DNA of 64,000 nucleotides from Fibrobacterales bacterium (GTDB lineage Bacteria; Fibrobacterota; Fibrobacteria; Fibrobacterales; JAOPTW01): NCBI GenBank assembly GCA_051532035.1, contig JAOPTW010000063.1, positions 1 to 64,000 of the forward strand, read 5' to 3'. Shown piece by piece: positions 1 to 9,409 of this stretch (position 1 is its first letter; each line of letters starts with the position of its first letter). The notes under the pieces were generated by a model. It saw only the letters and a program-made list of their open reading frames with translations, ran no database searches and was not told where the DNA came from. The position numbers and the translations under genes were made by a program.

Positions 1-10
1 TATTTGAGGA

Positions 11-1789
11 TTATGGATTATTAACCGTAACATATATTTTGTCTCGGCTATCGCTACCGGTAACCAACGAAATCGTTCCATTGCCCGCATGTAAGGCACT
101 CTTGCCAAAAACATTAACAACACCGGATAGAAAATATTCAGTAGCAACATTGTTAGAATCAACGCGGATGAGGTACCCATTGTCTGAATTAGACCGTTCG
201 TAAAAAAACACTTTTTCATGAGTGCTCTGGTCAAAAGCGGCCGGAAAAAAGTTTCCCGATGCAGCGTTTTCGATAGGCACTTCTAAAACAGATACGGATG
301 TATTTCCCGTAATAATGGTGTGATTAAATTGGTCGTCTTCATCGTGGAACCACATAAAGTGGACAACACCCTGAGCATCAATGTCTATTTGTGGATGCGA
401 GTTGCCAAAGGTCGCAGTATATCCAGCTACGATGTATGTTGCCCATACTCCCGACTCTTTTCGTACGATTTGGGGATTGTAACTACTGATATCTATCCAC
501 GCTCCAATAGCCTCTTGAGGCATCCTTGACGGAAGCGTCAATGCTTTGTCGTCGGTGCCACTATAGGTACCCGTAAAGCTACTAAATTTAAACTCCTGTG
601 ATCGTGTCCAGGTTGCTCCGTTTTTTCGGGCAAAAATGATATAGGATCCATCATTCAAACTATTTGATTCACCTGCATAGCCAATGAGTATTGTAGAACC
701 TTCAAGAGATATTTGCGGCCGGCCGTTAACGTATGAGTTGTAGCTGTTATCAACATCAGAGTCTGCGACAAGTGAATTCGCTGAGACCTGTAATACTTCG
801 AAGGTACCGTCTCCATCACTGTCGCCGGCATACATAATTGCATTATTTCCATTTCTGCTCACTGAGCTGAGATCTGGGTCTCGTTTAATCATATAGACGA
901 TATGGGGGTTATTATTGTTATCAGTTATAATGCTCGGAGCCCACTTTAATTCAGTGGTCGATGGAGTTGTAATCTGTGTAGTGACAAACTGTTTCGTATC
1001 GAGGGTGAACTTGGTATACATCAAATAGTTGTTCGCCGACTCATTTTTAATCCATGCAATATGGGTATTATTGTTGCTATCTAAATACGAACTTATTTGT
1101 GCCCGAGGTGTAGTGATTTTTGATATTTCCGCATCAAAACTATAGGTAGAAAACGGTGGTAATACAAATTGGTACTCTTGCGCGCAAGAGGCAGTGGTGC
1201 TCGAATCATTAGTCACCGTTGCATTGATAGTATGAGCGCCGGGAAGTAATGAATCGGTGAGTAGCGTAAAAGTATAGGTACCGATATTAAATTTTTCAAT
1301 GGTGTCAACGGGTACCCCATCAACAAAGAGCACCATTGTCTTAATATAAAGCAACGAGTCAGAGGCTGTTACTTCTATCATAACTTCGGTGCCAATGGTA
1401 TCGATTGCTTCGGCAATATAGTTAGTAATTTCGCATTCAGGGAGGCCGACATATACTCCCGTTTGAGACGATGAACTTTGTGTCGTAGATGATACCGTGT
1501 TGCTTGTTGAGCTCATAGCTACACTTGATTCTTGAGTACTACTGAGCGTTAAGGAGCCGCTTGATTGAGCATTTGATGAAAGTGAAACAGTACTCGATGA
1601 TTCCGATGCTCTGCTCGACACCTGCGCGAGCGTACTCGAAAGAACCAGGATACTTTTTGATGATGATAAGAGTATGATTGGTTCAGATGAACTGTTTAGA
1701 GCTGATTCGGTATCGGGCTCTACCACACCACAACCTGCTATAAAAAAAGTTACCAAAATAGATAAGATGCAACTTTTAAGAAACGTCAT
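11..1789 (-). CDS. Lipoprotein: Ser-rich linker, Ig-like domain, probable beta-propeller C-terminus
   Basis: 592-aa ORF; lipobox IAGC; long Ser/Thr linker; Ig-like segment (VLFVDGVPVDT...PGAHTINATVT); repeated DxNNxxHIxW/Y blade-like motifs. Confidence 0.7.
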   Translation of the reverse strand: MTFLKSCILSILVTFFIAGCGVVEPDTESALNSSSEPIILLSSSKSILVLSSTLAQVSSRASESSSTVSLSSNAQSSGSLTLSSTQESSVAMSSTSNTVSSTTQSSSSQTGVYVGLPECEITNYIAEAIDTIGTEVMIEVTASDSLLYIKTMVLFVDGVPVDTIEKFNIGTYTFTLLTDSLLPGAHTINATVTNDSSTTASCAQEYQFVLPPFSTYSFDAEISKITTPRAQISSYLDSNNNTHIAWIKNESANNYLMYTKFTLDTKQFVTTQITTPSTTELKWAPSIITDNNNNPHIVYMIKRDPDLSSVSRNGNNAIMYAGDSDGDGTFEVLQVSANSLVADSDVDNSYNSYVNGRPQISLEGSTILIGYAGESNSLNDGSYIIFARKNGATWTRSQEFKFSSFTGTYSGTDDKALTLPSRMPQEAIGAWIDISSYNPQIVRKESGVWATYIVAGYTATFGNSHPQIDIDAQGVVHFMWFHDEDDQFNHTIITGNTSVSVLEVPIENAASGNFFPAAFDQSTHEKVFFYERSNSDNGYLIRVDSNNVATEYFLSGVVNVFGKSALHAGNGTISLVTGSDSRDKIYVTVNNP

Positions 1790-2469
1790 CGTGTACCTCC
1801 TGCCAGCTCGAGTTATAGTTAATACTATACTCTCTCCATTTTACCATGGATTTACAGGATATCAATAACAAACTCAGTAACTCAAAGCGGTAGCTCTTTG
1901 TAAAATTGAGTTTATTTAAAAAGATGTGGGTTTGTTAGATTTAAAGCACCTTTATCTATGGATTACAAAGGTGTAGTATCTACAAAATGACTTTACCTAG
2001 ATGCATCAGGAGCAGTCAGGGCTATTTGTTATTCATTTATAAGTGTGTTGAAGCTCCAACAAAGCAGGTTACTTCTGTAAATGTCATACCCATCATTGCA
2101 AATATCTTTTTCATTCTATTTCCTTTTATTAAATCGTTTTCATATAACAAATTTACATGTAAAAACAATATCCATAAATAACTAATTTCTTACAGTAAAT
2201 AAAAGTGTTTTCAAATTGTGAACACTTTGTATTCAAGTACGTCCTAAGAAACTCATTAGCCCAATTGAAAAACCCAAATTCTCCAACATTATTGTAAACC
2301 TATGTAATAATACAGCTTACATTGAATGGTTCGAATGCACGCTGTGGTAAATTTCATAGTGAAAGTTATATTTGGCACCAAGATGAGAAACCTTCACACC
2401 TTCGCCTTCAGACAGCGACGGTATAACTGAAGGCACCCCTATATATCAAATCAAATTTGGAGTAAGTAC

Positions 2470-4158
2470 ATGTATCGACCTGCATCGGTTATTTTGTTCG
2501 CCCTGTTTTCCCTGACATTTTTTACTCGGTGTGCTAACTCCACTCTCAATGAACCAGAAGACCCCTCTCACGATACAAACTATTATTCGTCAGCCCAATA
2601 TGAATCAGCCTTACACAGTTCACAAGATTCACATTCATCTCAAGAAATTTCATCTGAGAACCTTTCATCTGAGAACGAGTCATCCTCTGAACTTACCCCT
2701 ACTCTAGCAATATCAAGTCAAGAATCATCAAATGCCGTACAGCTCAGTAGTTCAAGTTTCACAACTAGCAGCGCAACGAGCCACGTGATACCTGCCCCTG
2801 ATACTCTACAACCTGTAGAAGCATACGATACATCAACAGATTCAGAATTTCTTTTTAGCAACACCACTCTCCGCACGTATAATATTATTATTGACCCCAA
2901 TGATCTTGCTGCAATGGATAGTGATCCTATTGCTGAAGAATATTATCCTGCACTATTGGAATTTGAAGATCAACACATTGAGAATATCCAGATTCGATAT
3001 AAAGGCAACATCGGCTCATGGCTCTATGAAAACACCATACAGGACAGTGAACTCAAATGTATTGAAGGATATGAATTCATACCAATTACCGCACCGAGAT
3101 CCTGCCAGAAACTTTCACTCAAGCTTAAATTCAAAAGCGACGCAGCGCCTGAACAACGTTTTTACGGGTTGAAAAAGCTGCAGTTTCATGCAATGAATAA
3201 CGATCCCTCACAAATCAAAGAGCGGCTCGGTTACTGGATGTTCCGGAAAATGGGAGTTATAGCACCTCGTTCGGTTCACGCCATAGTAACGATCAATGGA
3301 GAGCCGTTTGGGCTATACACTATGACTGATCAGGTTGATAGTCGCTTTACCCGGAGAAATTTTAGTGGCGGTGATGGCAATCTCTACAAACAGATTATGC
3401 CGGTGCAGCCTGATAATAAACCCTGGCCTTCGTATATGTATCAGGATGCCCTTTCTACAAATGAAGATACTCCAGAAACATCCCTAATGGAGTCCTTCGC
3501 TCAGGCCATTTCCGCAGCAGATTCTCTTTCCATAAAGTCGGTTATTGAATTGTGGATGGATGTCGATCAGATGATGGCACACATGCTTGTCAATCGAGTT
3601 CTCAGGCACTGGGACAGTCCTTGGATTTTAATGTATCAAGTAGCAAACGGGAAAAATTACTACTGGTATGAAGATACTGAACGTCAAAAGTTTACCTTGA
3701 TTCCCTGGGACATGGAAGGCATACTCAGCGCTCAAGCTCCCTTTTCGTTTATCTGGGAGACGCTCGGCTGGAACGGAGAACCAATGACACCACTCCCCAA
3801 CAGTCCCACTCCCCAAGAATGTTTAGCTAATAATAACGATCCCAGTTTAGTAGAAAATAATTATCCACAGTGTAACCTTCTGATGTACGGCTTTACCCTC
3901 TTTGAAGATGAGTACCGACAGCAAGTGGCGCAATTTACTCGTGCAGTCTATCCTTTTATTTCTGATGCAATTGATCAATGGCAGACACAAATCACACCAG
4001 CAACCAATACAATGAATGAAGTTTTTGGTGATCCCGCGCCCTGGCCCGGTTATCAGTATGGCCGTAAAGGAGCTATCAGTGAATCATACTGGTTAACGCA
4101 TCTTGATATTGTAAAAAGCCAGGTTCTCGAATTTGCAGAAGAGATGACCGAGTACTAA
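2470..4158 (+). CDS. CotH kinase family lipoprotein
   Basis: Signal peptide ending in Cys, then Ser-rich linker; CotH-type motifs IRYKGN, KLSLKLKF, DPSQIKERLGY, GLYTMTDQVD, GNLYK, KNYYWY, IPWDME. Confidence 0.85.
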   Translation: MYRPASVILFALFSLTFFTRCANSTLNEPEDPSHDTNYYSSAQYESALHSSQDSHSSQEISSENLSSENESSSELTPTLAISSQESSNAVQLSSSSFTTSSATSHVIPAPDTLQPVEAYDTSTDSEFLFSNTTLRTYNIIIDPNDLAAMDSDPIAEEYYPALLEFEDQHIENIQIRYKGNIGSWLYENTIQDSELKCIEGYEFIPITAPRSCQKLSLKLKFKSDAAPEQRFYGLKKLQFHAMNNDPSQIKERLGYWMFRKMGVIAPRSVHAIVTINGEPFGLYTMTDQVDSRFTRRNFSGGDGNLYKQIMPVQPDNKPWPSYMYQDALSTNEDTPETSLMESFAQAISAADSLSIKSVIELWMDVDQMMAHMLVNRVLRHWDSPWILMYQVANGKNYYWYEDTERQKFTLIPWDMEGILSAQAPFSFIWETLGWNGEPMTPLPNSPTPQECLANNNDPSLVENNYPQCNLLMYGFTLFEDEYRQQVAQFTRAVYPFISDAIDQWQTQITPATNTMNEVFGDPAPWPGYQYGRKGAISESYWLTHLDIVKSQVLEFAEEMTEY

Positions 4159-4244
4159 TAACCTAATAGGGTGAGAGCTCTCATGACATCATCTTTTAAC
4201 TCCAGATGTTTTTTATATCCGTCGTAAAGTCTGAGTACAGCCAT
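4155..4244 (-). pseudogene. Short ORF or truncated gene remnant (MAVLRLYDGYKKHLELKDDVMRALTLLGY), possibly the start of a peptidoglycan-binding domain protein
   Basis: Translated by hand; strong RBS GGGAGGA just upstream of the ATG at 4244; co-oriented with 4299..9353; its stop overlaps the CotH stop. Confidence 0.45.
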
Positions 4245-4298
4245 ATTCTTCCTCCCTGTTAATCGCTATTGTTCTCTATTAAACTTTGTTGCTCACCA

Positions 4299-7200
4299 TT
4301 ATTTCAAAACAAATTTTTCCCAATTACCAATTTTCGTTCTGTTTGCATACATCTTACTTTTTTTCTCTGCAACAAAATATTTGTTGTGGGCACTTTTCAA
4401 GGAGATTGTGTCACCCTTTTTAATTACCCTGGTTTTACTGGTATGATTCACTACGGTAAATTGTTCCCATGAGCCGACCTTTGTTGGTTTCGCATCTAAT
4501 GAACCTTTTGAATTGGCGCGCACATAGGTGTGATTATTTGTGAGTATCGCAACTTTAGAACCGTGTCTGATTCCTGTATCCTTTTTGTTCTTGGCCTTCG
4601 TTAATTGCAGTCGGAACCGTTCGTGACTTTTGGGCGACTGAGCATCTCCTTTAAGGCCCTTCCCTCCACCATCTTCTGCCCTGAGATATCTTTTGTGTGC
4701 GGTATATAAGATACACATATTAAAGGTATTCTCAGCCGCAGCCTGTTTAGCGCCTTTCAACTCTTTATTGGGATATCTCCCGGCTTTTAAGAGCTGTCCG
4801 ATTTTGACACTATTACAATCATTAAGACTCAGTGCTATCGCCATTCTACTAGAATTGACTCCTGTTTTTTTCATCTCTTTGACCGCTGATATATCACGCC
4901 ATCCCGATTGCCGGAGCACACGGTAAAATTCGGTATCATTTCCAGTCCCCTTTTTAAGTACCTGAATCAATCCCTGTGGGTTTGCTTTCCATTTTTTCAG
5001 AGCCTTTGCAATATCTACCTTAGAGTGCCCGGCCTTAATCATGGTTTTGTACAGATACTCAACATTGTCGGTGAGTGGTACCAACTTCTGAGCTATCTCG
5101 TCGGCAGATGGTTTTCTCTTCTTTTTCTTTTTCTTCTTCTTTTTAAATAAGCCGCCGATAGCTTTGCCAAGATCTTTGAATGCGTCACCAACATCATCAA
5201 AGGCATCATCTACCGCATTCTCAATAGCCTTGGTATCAATTTTAATACTCTTGAGCGCCCTTTCAACATCTTTGGTGTTTATTTTTACATTCGATAATGC
5301 ATTGGCAATATCAAGAGGCTTAATGTCTATCTTCAACAAGGCTTTTGCTATATCATCGGGATTGATCTTAGCTCCTAGGAGTGCATTAGCGATAGCTTCC
5401 GGACCTTTGCCAATATCAGATAATACCTTTCCAACATCTTCGGCTGCCTGACCAAAATCATCTGCCAATGCAACAGCAAGCTTTCCGCTATCTTCAAAGC
5501 CTTCAAGTATACCTTCGCCAACATCTTCTACAAATTTACCAACGTCATCATACATTTTTTTGAATTTTTTACCGATCTCTTTCGTAAGAAATTTACCGGC
5601 ATCATTCAATCCATCTTTACCCGGAGATAATGTTACACTCACTGAGCAATTTTCTCCAAGCAGTTTAAACTGAGCAGTGAGTTTGGCATAGGGGACCATT
5701 TTTTTCATTCCCACTTCTACGGTACCGGCGATGGCAATATTCAAACTGGCTGTCTTAACATTAGCCAAATACAATGACGTTTTTAACGCAAAGGCTACAC
5801 CGAATTTGGCATAAAAGTCATCGATGTTTCCGACTTTGGCTTGTATATTAAATACAAATGTTACCGAGCCTCTAATGACGTCGGTTCGAATTTTATTCTC
5901 TAAACTGAGCTGAGCATCAATCTCCAGGCTTTTTGATGAGATCTTTGCCAAACAAGAGAGCTGCAGCCCCATTAACCGTAAATACCCATCAATGTAGAGG
6001 TGCGGCTGTCGAAAGTCTTTAATGGCATGCTTAGGCTGCTTAAAAGTACTGACCGATATGTAAGGGCCTCTTTTCTTTGAAACATCGCTGAGACAAAAGA
6101 AGCTCTTACTAGAAATCACTATTGGCTTATTAATATAGGCCTCTATAGCAACCCCTTTACTTGGGTTAATCTCTATACTCGCATATGCTTCAAAATCAAC
6201 GATTTTAAGACAGGCAGAGAGAAAGAACCCTGGTTGAAACTCTATGGCACCTATTCGAGAATAAGTAGGACAGACATATATCTGAGGAGCTACAACCACA
6301 CGCACCTTATTATTCACCAAGTCAAGCTGATAGCTTTTTAGATTATCACGTCGATTGGTGAGAGACCATTGTTTTCCCCCTGTATGTGCAATCAACAATG
6401 AGTCCAATTCATTCGCCGGGATACTCAGTCCCCCACTTTTTTGAAATGCCTGAGAGACGGTTCCTAGGTCTCCAGAGTCCAGAGCTTTTACGGTTGCCTT
6501 TGGCATAAAAAACTCTTTGGTTCCTTTGATCTCAATTTTTTTGAGAGGCTCCGCCATTCCTGCCGGCAACTGTTTAACGTTCGCAATAGAGGTCAATACC
6601 TTATAAGCGTTAAGTTCACTTAGCGAACCAGCAAATACAAATCCTCCATTTGCCGAATCGATAAGCATAGTAATAGAACTTTGGAATGCCCTGCTATCGA
6701 TTCGTCCCGTGAAGCCAAATCCAGGAACACCTCCCCAGTTAATTGAACCCATTAGGCCAAGGTTACTGATTTTTAACCCTTGCACATCGAGGGTACCCTG
6801 AAGGGAGCCAGCAAGACTTAAACCGGTAACCGTTACACTCACGCCCACATCTAAAAGGAGCTTCTTTTTAGCGACCGTAATAGAGCCACTCCCGATTACA
6901 TAATACTCAGGTTGTGTGCCGGATTGAAACCGTAGGCCCATTTGAATTTTCAAAGGTGAGCCGTTAAATGTTGTATCAATACTGGCAAATAAATTTACGG
7001 CAGGCGATTTCCCTTTTTTAATTTCAACCTGTATGGTAATAGGCACAACGGCATCTAGATTAAAAACTTTTTGGAGTACCTTCTGTTGCTTATTGGTTTT
7101 CTTAAATACCCAATTTCCATTGAGGTTAAATCCACGAACCACACCAGCGGAAGCGGTGGGCAGTGTTATCCCCGTTGAATTCATCGTTTGGTTACCACTA

Positions 7201-9353
7201 AAGGCAGCAGTTGTAGGAAATTGAAAATCGGCATTTTCTATGGTTGAAACAATCAGGGTAATATCTTTCAAGCTCACCATTTTTTCTAATGGCGCTATGA
7301 ACTCCAACCCTTTTATTTTCGATATTTTAGGTGAGGTAAGATAAACTCCAGCAGCAGCACCCCATTCCCCAGATGCTTTCGCACCTTTGGTAGTAGCGGC
7401 CTTACCTGAACCCGATACTTGCTTGGCAGCCATTTTTCCCGCCTGAAAGGCAAGCATGCCTACATTAGGGACTGTGCTTAGTGCCTTAAAAACAAAATTT
7501 GATCCCTCTTTTTCGACAATAATTTGTGTATTGGTCAGTTTTAAATTAAAGCCACCCGGTGAACTTAAGGGCTGCCCCGTGAGACTTTTATGTAGTTTTG
7601 AAAGGTCAATTTCATCTATGTTTGCTTTGATCGAAAAATTATCCGGCATGAAATAATTCAGCTGGAGCATAATTCCATCCATACTCAAAGTACCACTAAA
7701 AAAGCCAGAAAATCGTGATTGATTTTGTGCCACCTGCGTCCCTGTAGCGGTTTTCTTTTTTTGTTTCGCCGCTACGGTTAACTCAAATGAAATATCCTCT
7801 ACCTTAAGCAGCTTAGGACCGAGCTCAATTTCCCATGCATTCGGTTTACTCGCCAAGCTTCCATTTACCGTCGTATATACTCCAGGACATATTTCTACAG
7901 CCAGACTATCGATCGTTAAATCTCCGGGTGCAGGTAAGCCAGGAAAACATTTTTTCATAAAGGATTTTAATGGTAACGTCTGGGCGCTGCCCAATGAAGC
8001 ATTAAGAATATATTCTTTTCCAGATTTACATCCCATGATGTTTATGGGGACACCTTCTAATGTTGTTTTCGCAAGAAGAGTTGCCTTCAGATAAGGATTA
8101 GAAACCAAGTTTAAGAGATCAAAGCGTAGTGAAAGATCATTCAATACAATATGATCATCCCAAATGTTCCAATTAAGATCTCTAAATCCTAATTGTATGG
8201 TGGCATATGAAACAGCCAACTGCTTAACTCCCTTAACCTTTCCATCTTTAAGTCCTAGCTTGAATCCTAGATCTAACACCTCTAATTGATTGATCTTTTT
8301 CATAGATTTCTGTACAAAGCTAGGCAGATTACCACTCAACGCTATACCACCACATAGCCCAGCCAACTCTGTCAATTTCCCAATAGAAAGTCCTTCAAAG
8401 CGAGTATACACAAATAAAGAATTGTCAGCAGATACAATACCATTTGCCTCTATAGTAATACCTGCCTTTGCGATCTCCAATTCACCGACAATTCCCTTTA
8501 CCGGAGTATAAATTGGATCGTAACCAGACCAGCTCCCCAAGGGAACATACATCTTAAGGTATGTATTCTTCAATTCCAAATCTTTAATCTTAATGGATTT
8601 ACCAATTTCTGCTTTTAGATGAACCCCCGGAAGATCGTCAGCAAAGTCCCAAGGAAAGACTTGCTCATTCAACATTCTTTTCTGTTTAACCGCTAAGGAA
8701 TCGGACTGAAAGTTTGTACCTAACTTAGGTAGATTAATTTTACCAAACACCTTGGTTTCAGCATCTTTATCCAGAATAGTTTGTAAAATCTTTAACGGTC
8801 CATACATACTCGTGTAAGCAATAAAGTTTATTCCTGGAGTAAGACCCATTCCATAAGGACTATCTTCTACAAGAGTATTACTCAAGACAACAGTAACTTC
8901 TTTAAATAAAAATTCGTCAACTAATGATTTTTCTTCTTGCCCATGAAACATCGTATCATATACTTCCCGAACGGGAATAAACGGAAATGACTTCTGAAAC
9001 TGCCAATAATTTGAAGTCTGGCCTCGTTTAACAAAAGTATATTCAATACATACTGAAACGTTTCCCTCTACATCAAATACAAACTCAGCTTTAACCGGAA
9101 GATTTGGAATATTTAAGAAGTCTGCTTTTCCACTCACTACTAAAGAATTAGTTGTAGCACCTGGAACAACCTCACAATTAATAATCCTGAGCGTTTCACC
9201 CTCTTTATAAAAATTGTCTTTTAAAAAAGAGGCAAACATCCCGTCCATTGAAGAGGTCGTTATAGTACATTCCCCAGATTCATTTAAACAACTACTATAA
9301 AAAAGCTCTATATGAAAGTCTGACTTATTACCTTGAATAGATTTCTGTATCAT
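4299..9353 (-). CDS. Large hypothetical protein: long beta-rich region, helical repeats, poly-Lys tract, C-terminal fascin-like beta-trefoil
   Basis: 1684-aa ORF with AAGGGA RBS and no signal peptide; three C-terminal repeats (LYTAHKRYLRAE..HERFRL, ILTNNHTYVRAN..WEQFTV, LKSAHNKYFVAE..WEKFVL) typical of fascin-like domains. Confidence 0.75.
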   Translation of the reverse strand: MIQKSIQGNKSDFHIELFYSSCLNESGECTITTSSMDGMFASFLKDNFYKEGETLRIINCEVVPGATTNSLVVSGKADFLNIPNLPVKAEFVFDVEGNVSVCIEYTFVKRGQTSNYWQFQKSFPFIPVREVYDTMFHGQEEKSLVDEFLFKEVTVVLSNTLVEDSPYGMGLTPGINFIAYTSMYGPLKILQTILDKDAETKVFGKINLPKLGTNFQSDSLAVKQKRMLNEQVFPWDFADDLPGVHLKAEIGKSIKIKDLELKNTYLKMYVPLGSWSGYDPIYTPVKGIVGELEIAKAGITIEANGIVSADNSLFVYTRFEGLSIGKLTELAGLCGGIALSGNLPSFVQKSMKKINQLEVLDLGFKLGLKDGKVKGVKQLAVSYATIQLGFRDLNWNIWDDHIVLNDLSLRFDLLNLVSNPYLKATLLAKTTLEGVPINIMGCKSGKEYILNASLGSAQTLPLKSFMKKCFPGLPAPGDLTIDSLAVEICPGVYTTVNGSLASKPNAWEIELGPKLLKVEDISFELTVAAKQKKKTATGTQVAQNQSRFSGFFSGTLSMDGIMLQLNYFMPDNFSIKANIDEIDLSKLHKSLTGQPLSSPGGFNLKLTNTQIIVEKEGSNFVFKALSTVPNVGMLAFQAGKMAAKQVSGSGKAATTKGAKASGEWGAAAGVYLTSPKISKIKGLEFIAPLEKMVSLKDITLIVSTIENADFQFPTTAAFSGNQTMNSTGITLPTASAGVVRGFNLNGNWVFKKTNKQQKVLQKVFNLDAVVPITIQVEIKKGKSPAVNLFASIDTTFNGSPLKIQMGLRFQSGTQPEYYVIGSGSITVAKKKLLLDVGVSVTVTGLSLAGSLQGTLDVQGLKISNLGLMGSINWGGVPGFGFTGRIDSRAFQSSITMLIDSANGGFVFAGSLSELNAYKVLTSIANVKQLPAGMAEPLKKIEIKGTKEFFMPKATVKALDSGDLGTVSQAFQKSGGLSIPANELDSLLIAHTGGKQWSLTNRRDNLKSYQLDLVNNKVRVVVAPQIYVCPTYSRIGAIEFQPGFFLSACLKIVDFEAYASIEINPSKGVAIEAYINKPIVISSKSFFCLSDVSKKRGPYISVSTFKQPKHAIKDFRQPHLYIDGYLRLMGLQLSCLAKISSKSLEIDAQLSLENKIRTDVIRGSVTFVFNIQAKVGNIDDFYAKFGVAFALKTSLYLANVKTASLNIAIAGTVEVGMKKMVPYAKLTAQFKLLGENCSVSVTLSPGKDGLNDAGKFLTKEIGKKFKKMYDDVGKFVEDVGEGILEGFEDSGKLAVALADDFGQAAEDVGKVLSDIGKGPEAIANALLGAKINPDDIAKALLKIDIKPLDIANALSNVKINTKDVERALKSIKIDTKAIENAVDDAFDDVGDAFKDLGKAIGGLFKKKKKKKKKRKPSADEIAQKLVPLTDNVEYLYKTMIKAGHSKVDIAKALKKWKANPQGLIQVLKKGTGNDTEFYRVLRQSGWRDISAVKEMKKTGVNSSRMAIALSLNDCNSVKIGQLLKAGRYPNKELKGAKQAAAENTFNMCILYTAHKRYLRAEDGGGKGLKGDAQSPKSHERFRLQLTKAKNKKDTGIRHGSKVAILTNNHTYVRANSKGSLDAKPTKVGSWEQFTVVNHTSKTRVIKKGDTISLKSAHNKYFVAEKKSKMYANRTKIGNWEKFVLK

Positions 9354-9409
9354 TTGATAGGTCCCTTAATTTGTTATCAGTGTCGTGAATTTCCATTAAT
9401 GTATTACTG

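Noticed and set aside
2037..2114. 25-aa minus-strand ORF (MKKIFAMMGMTF...) with AAGGA RBS
   Set aside because: Too short and without recognisable similarity; it could be a gene remnant but this cannot be supported
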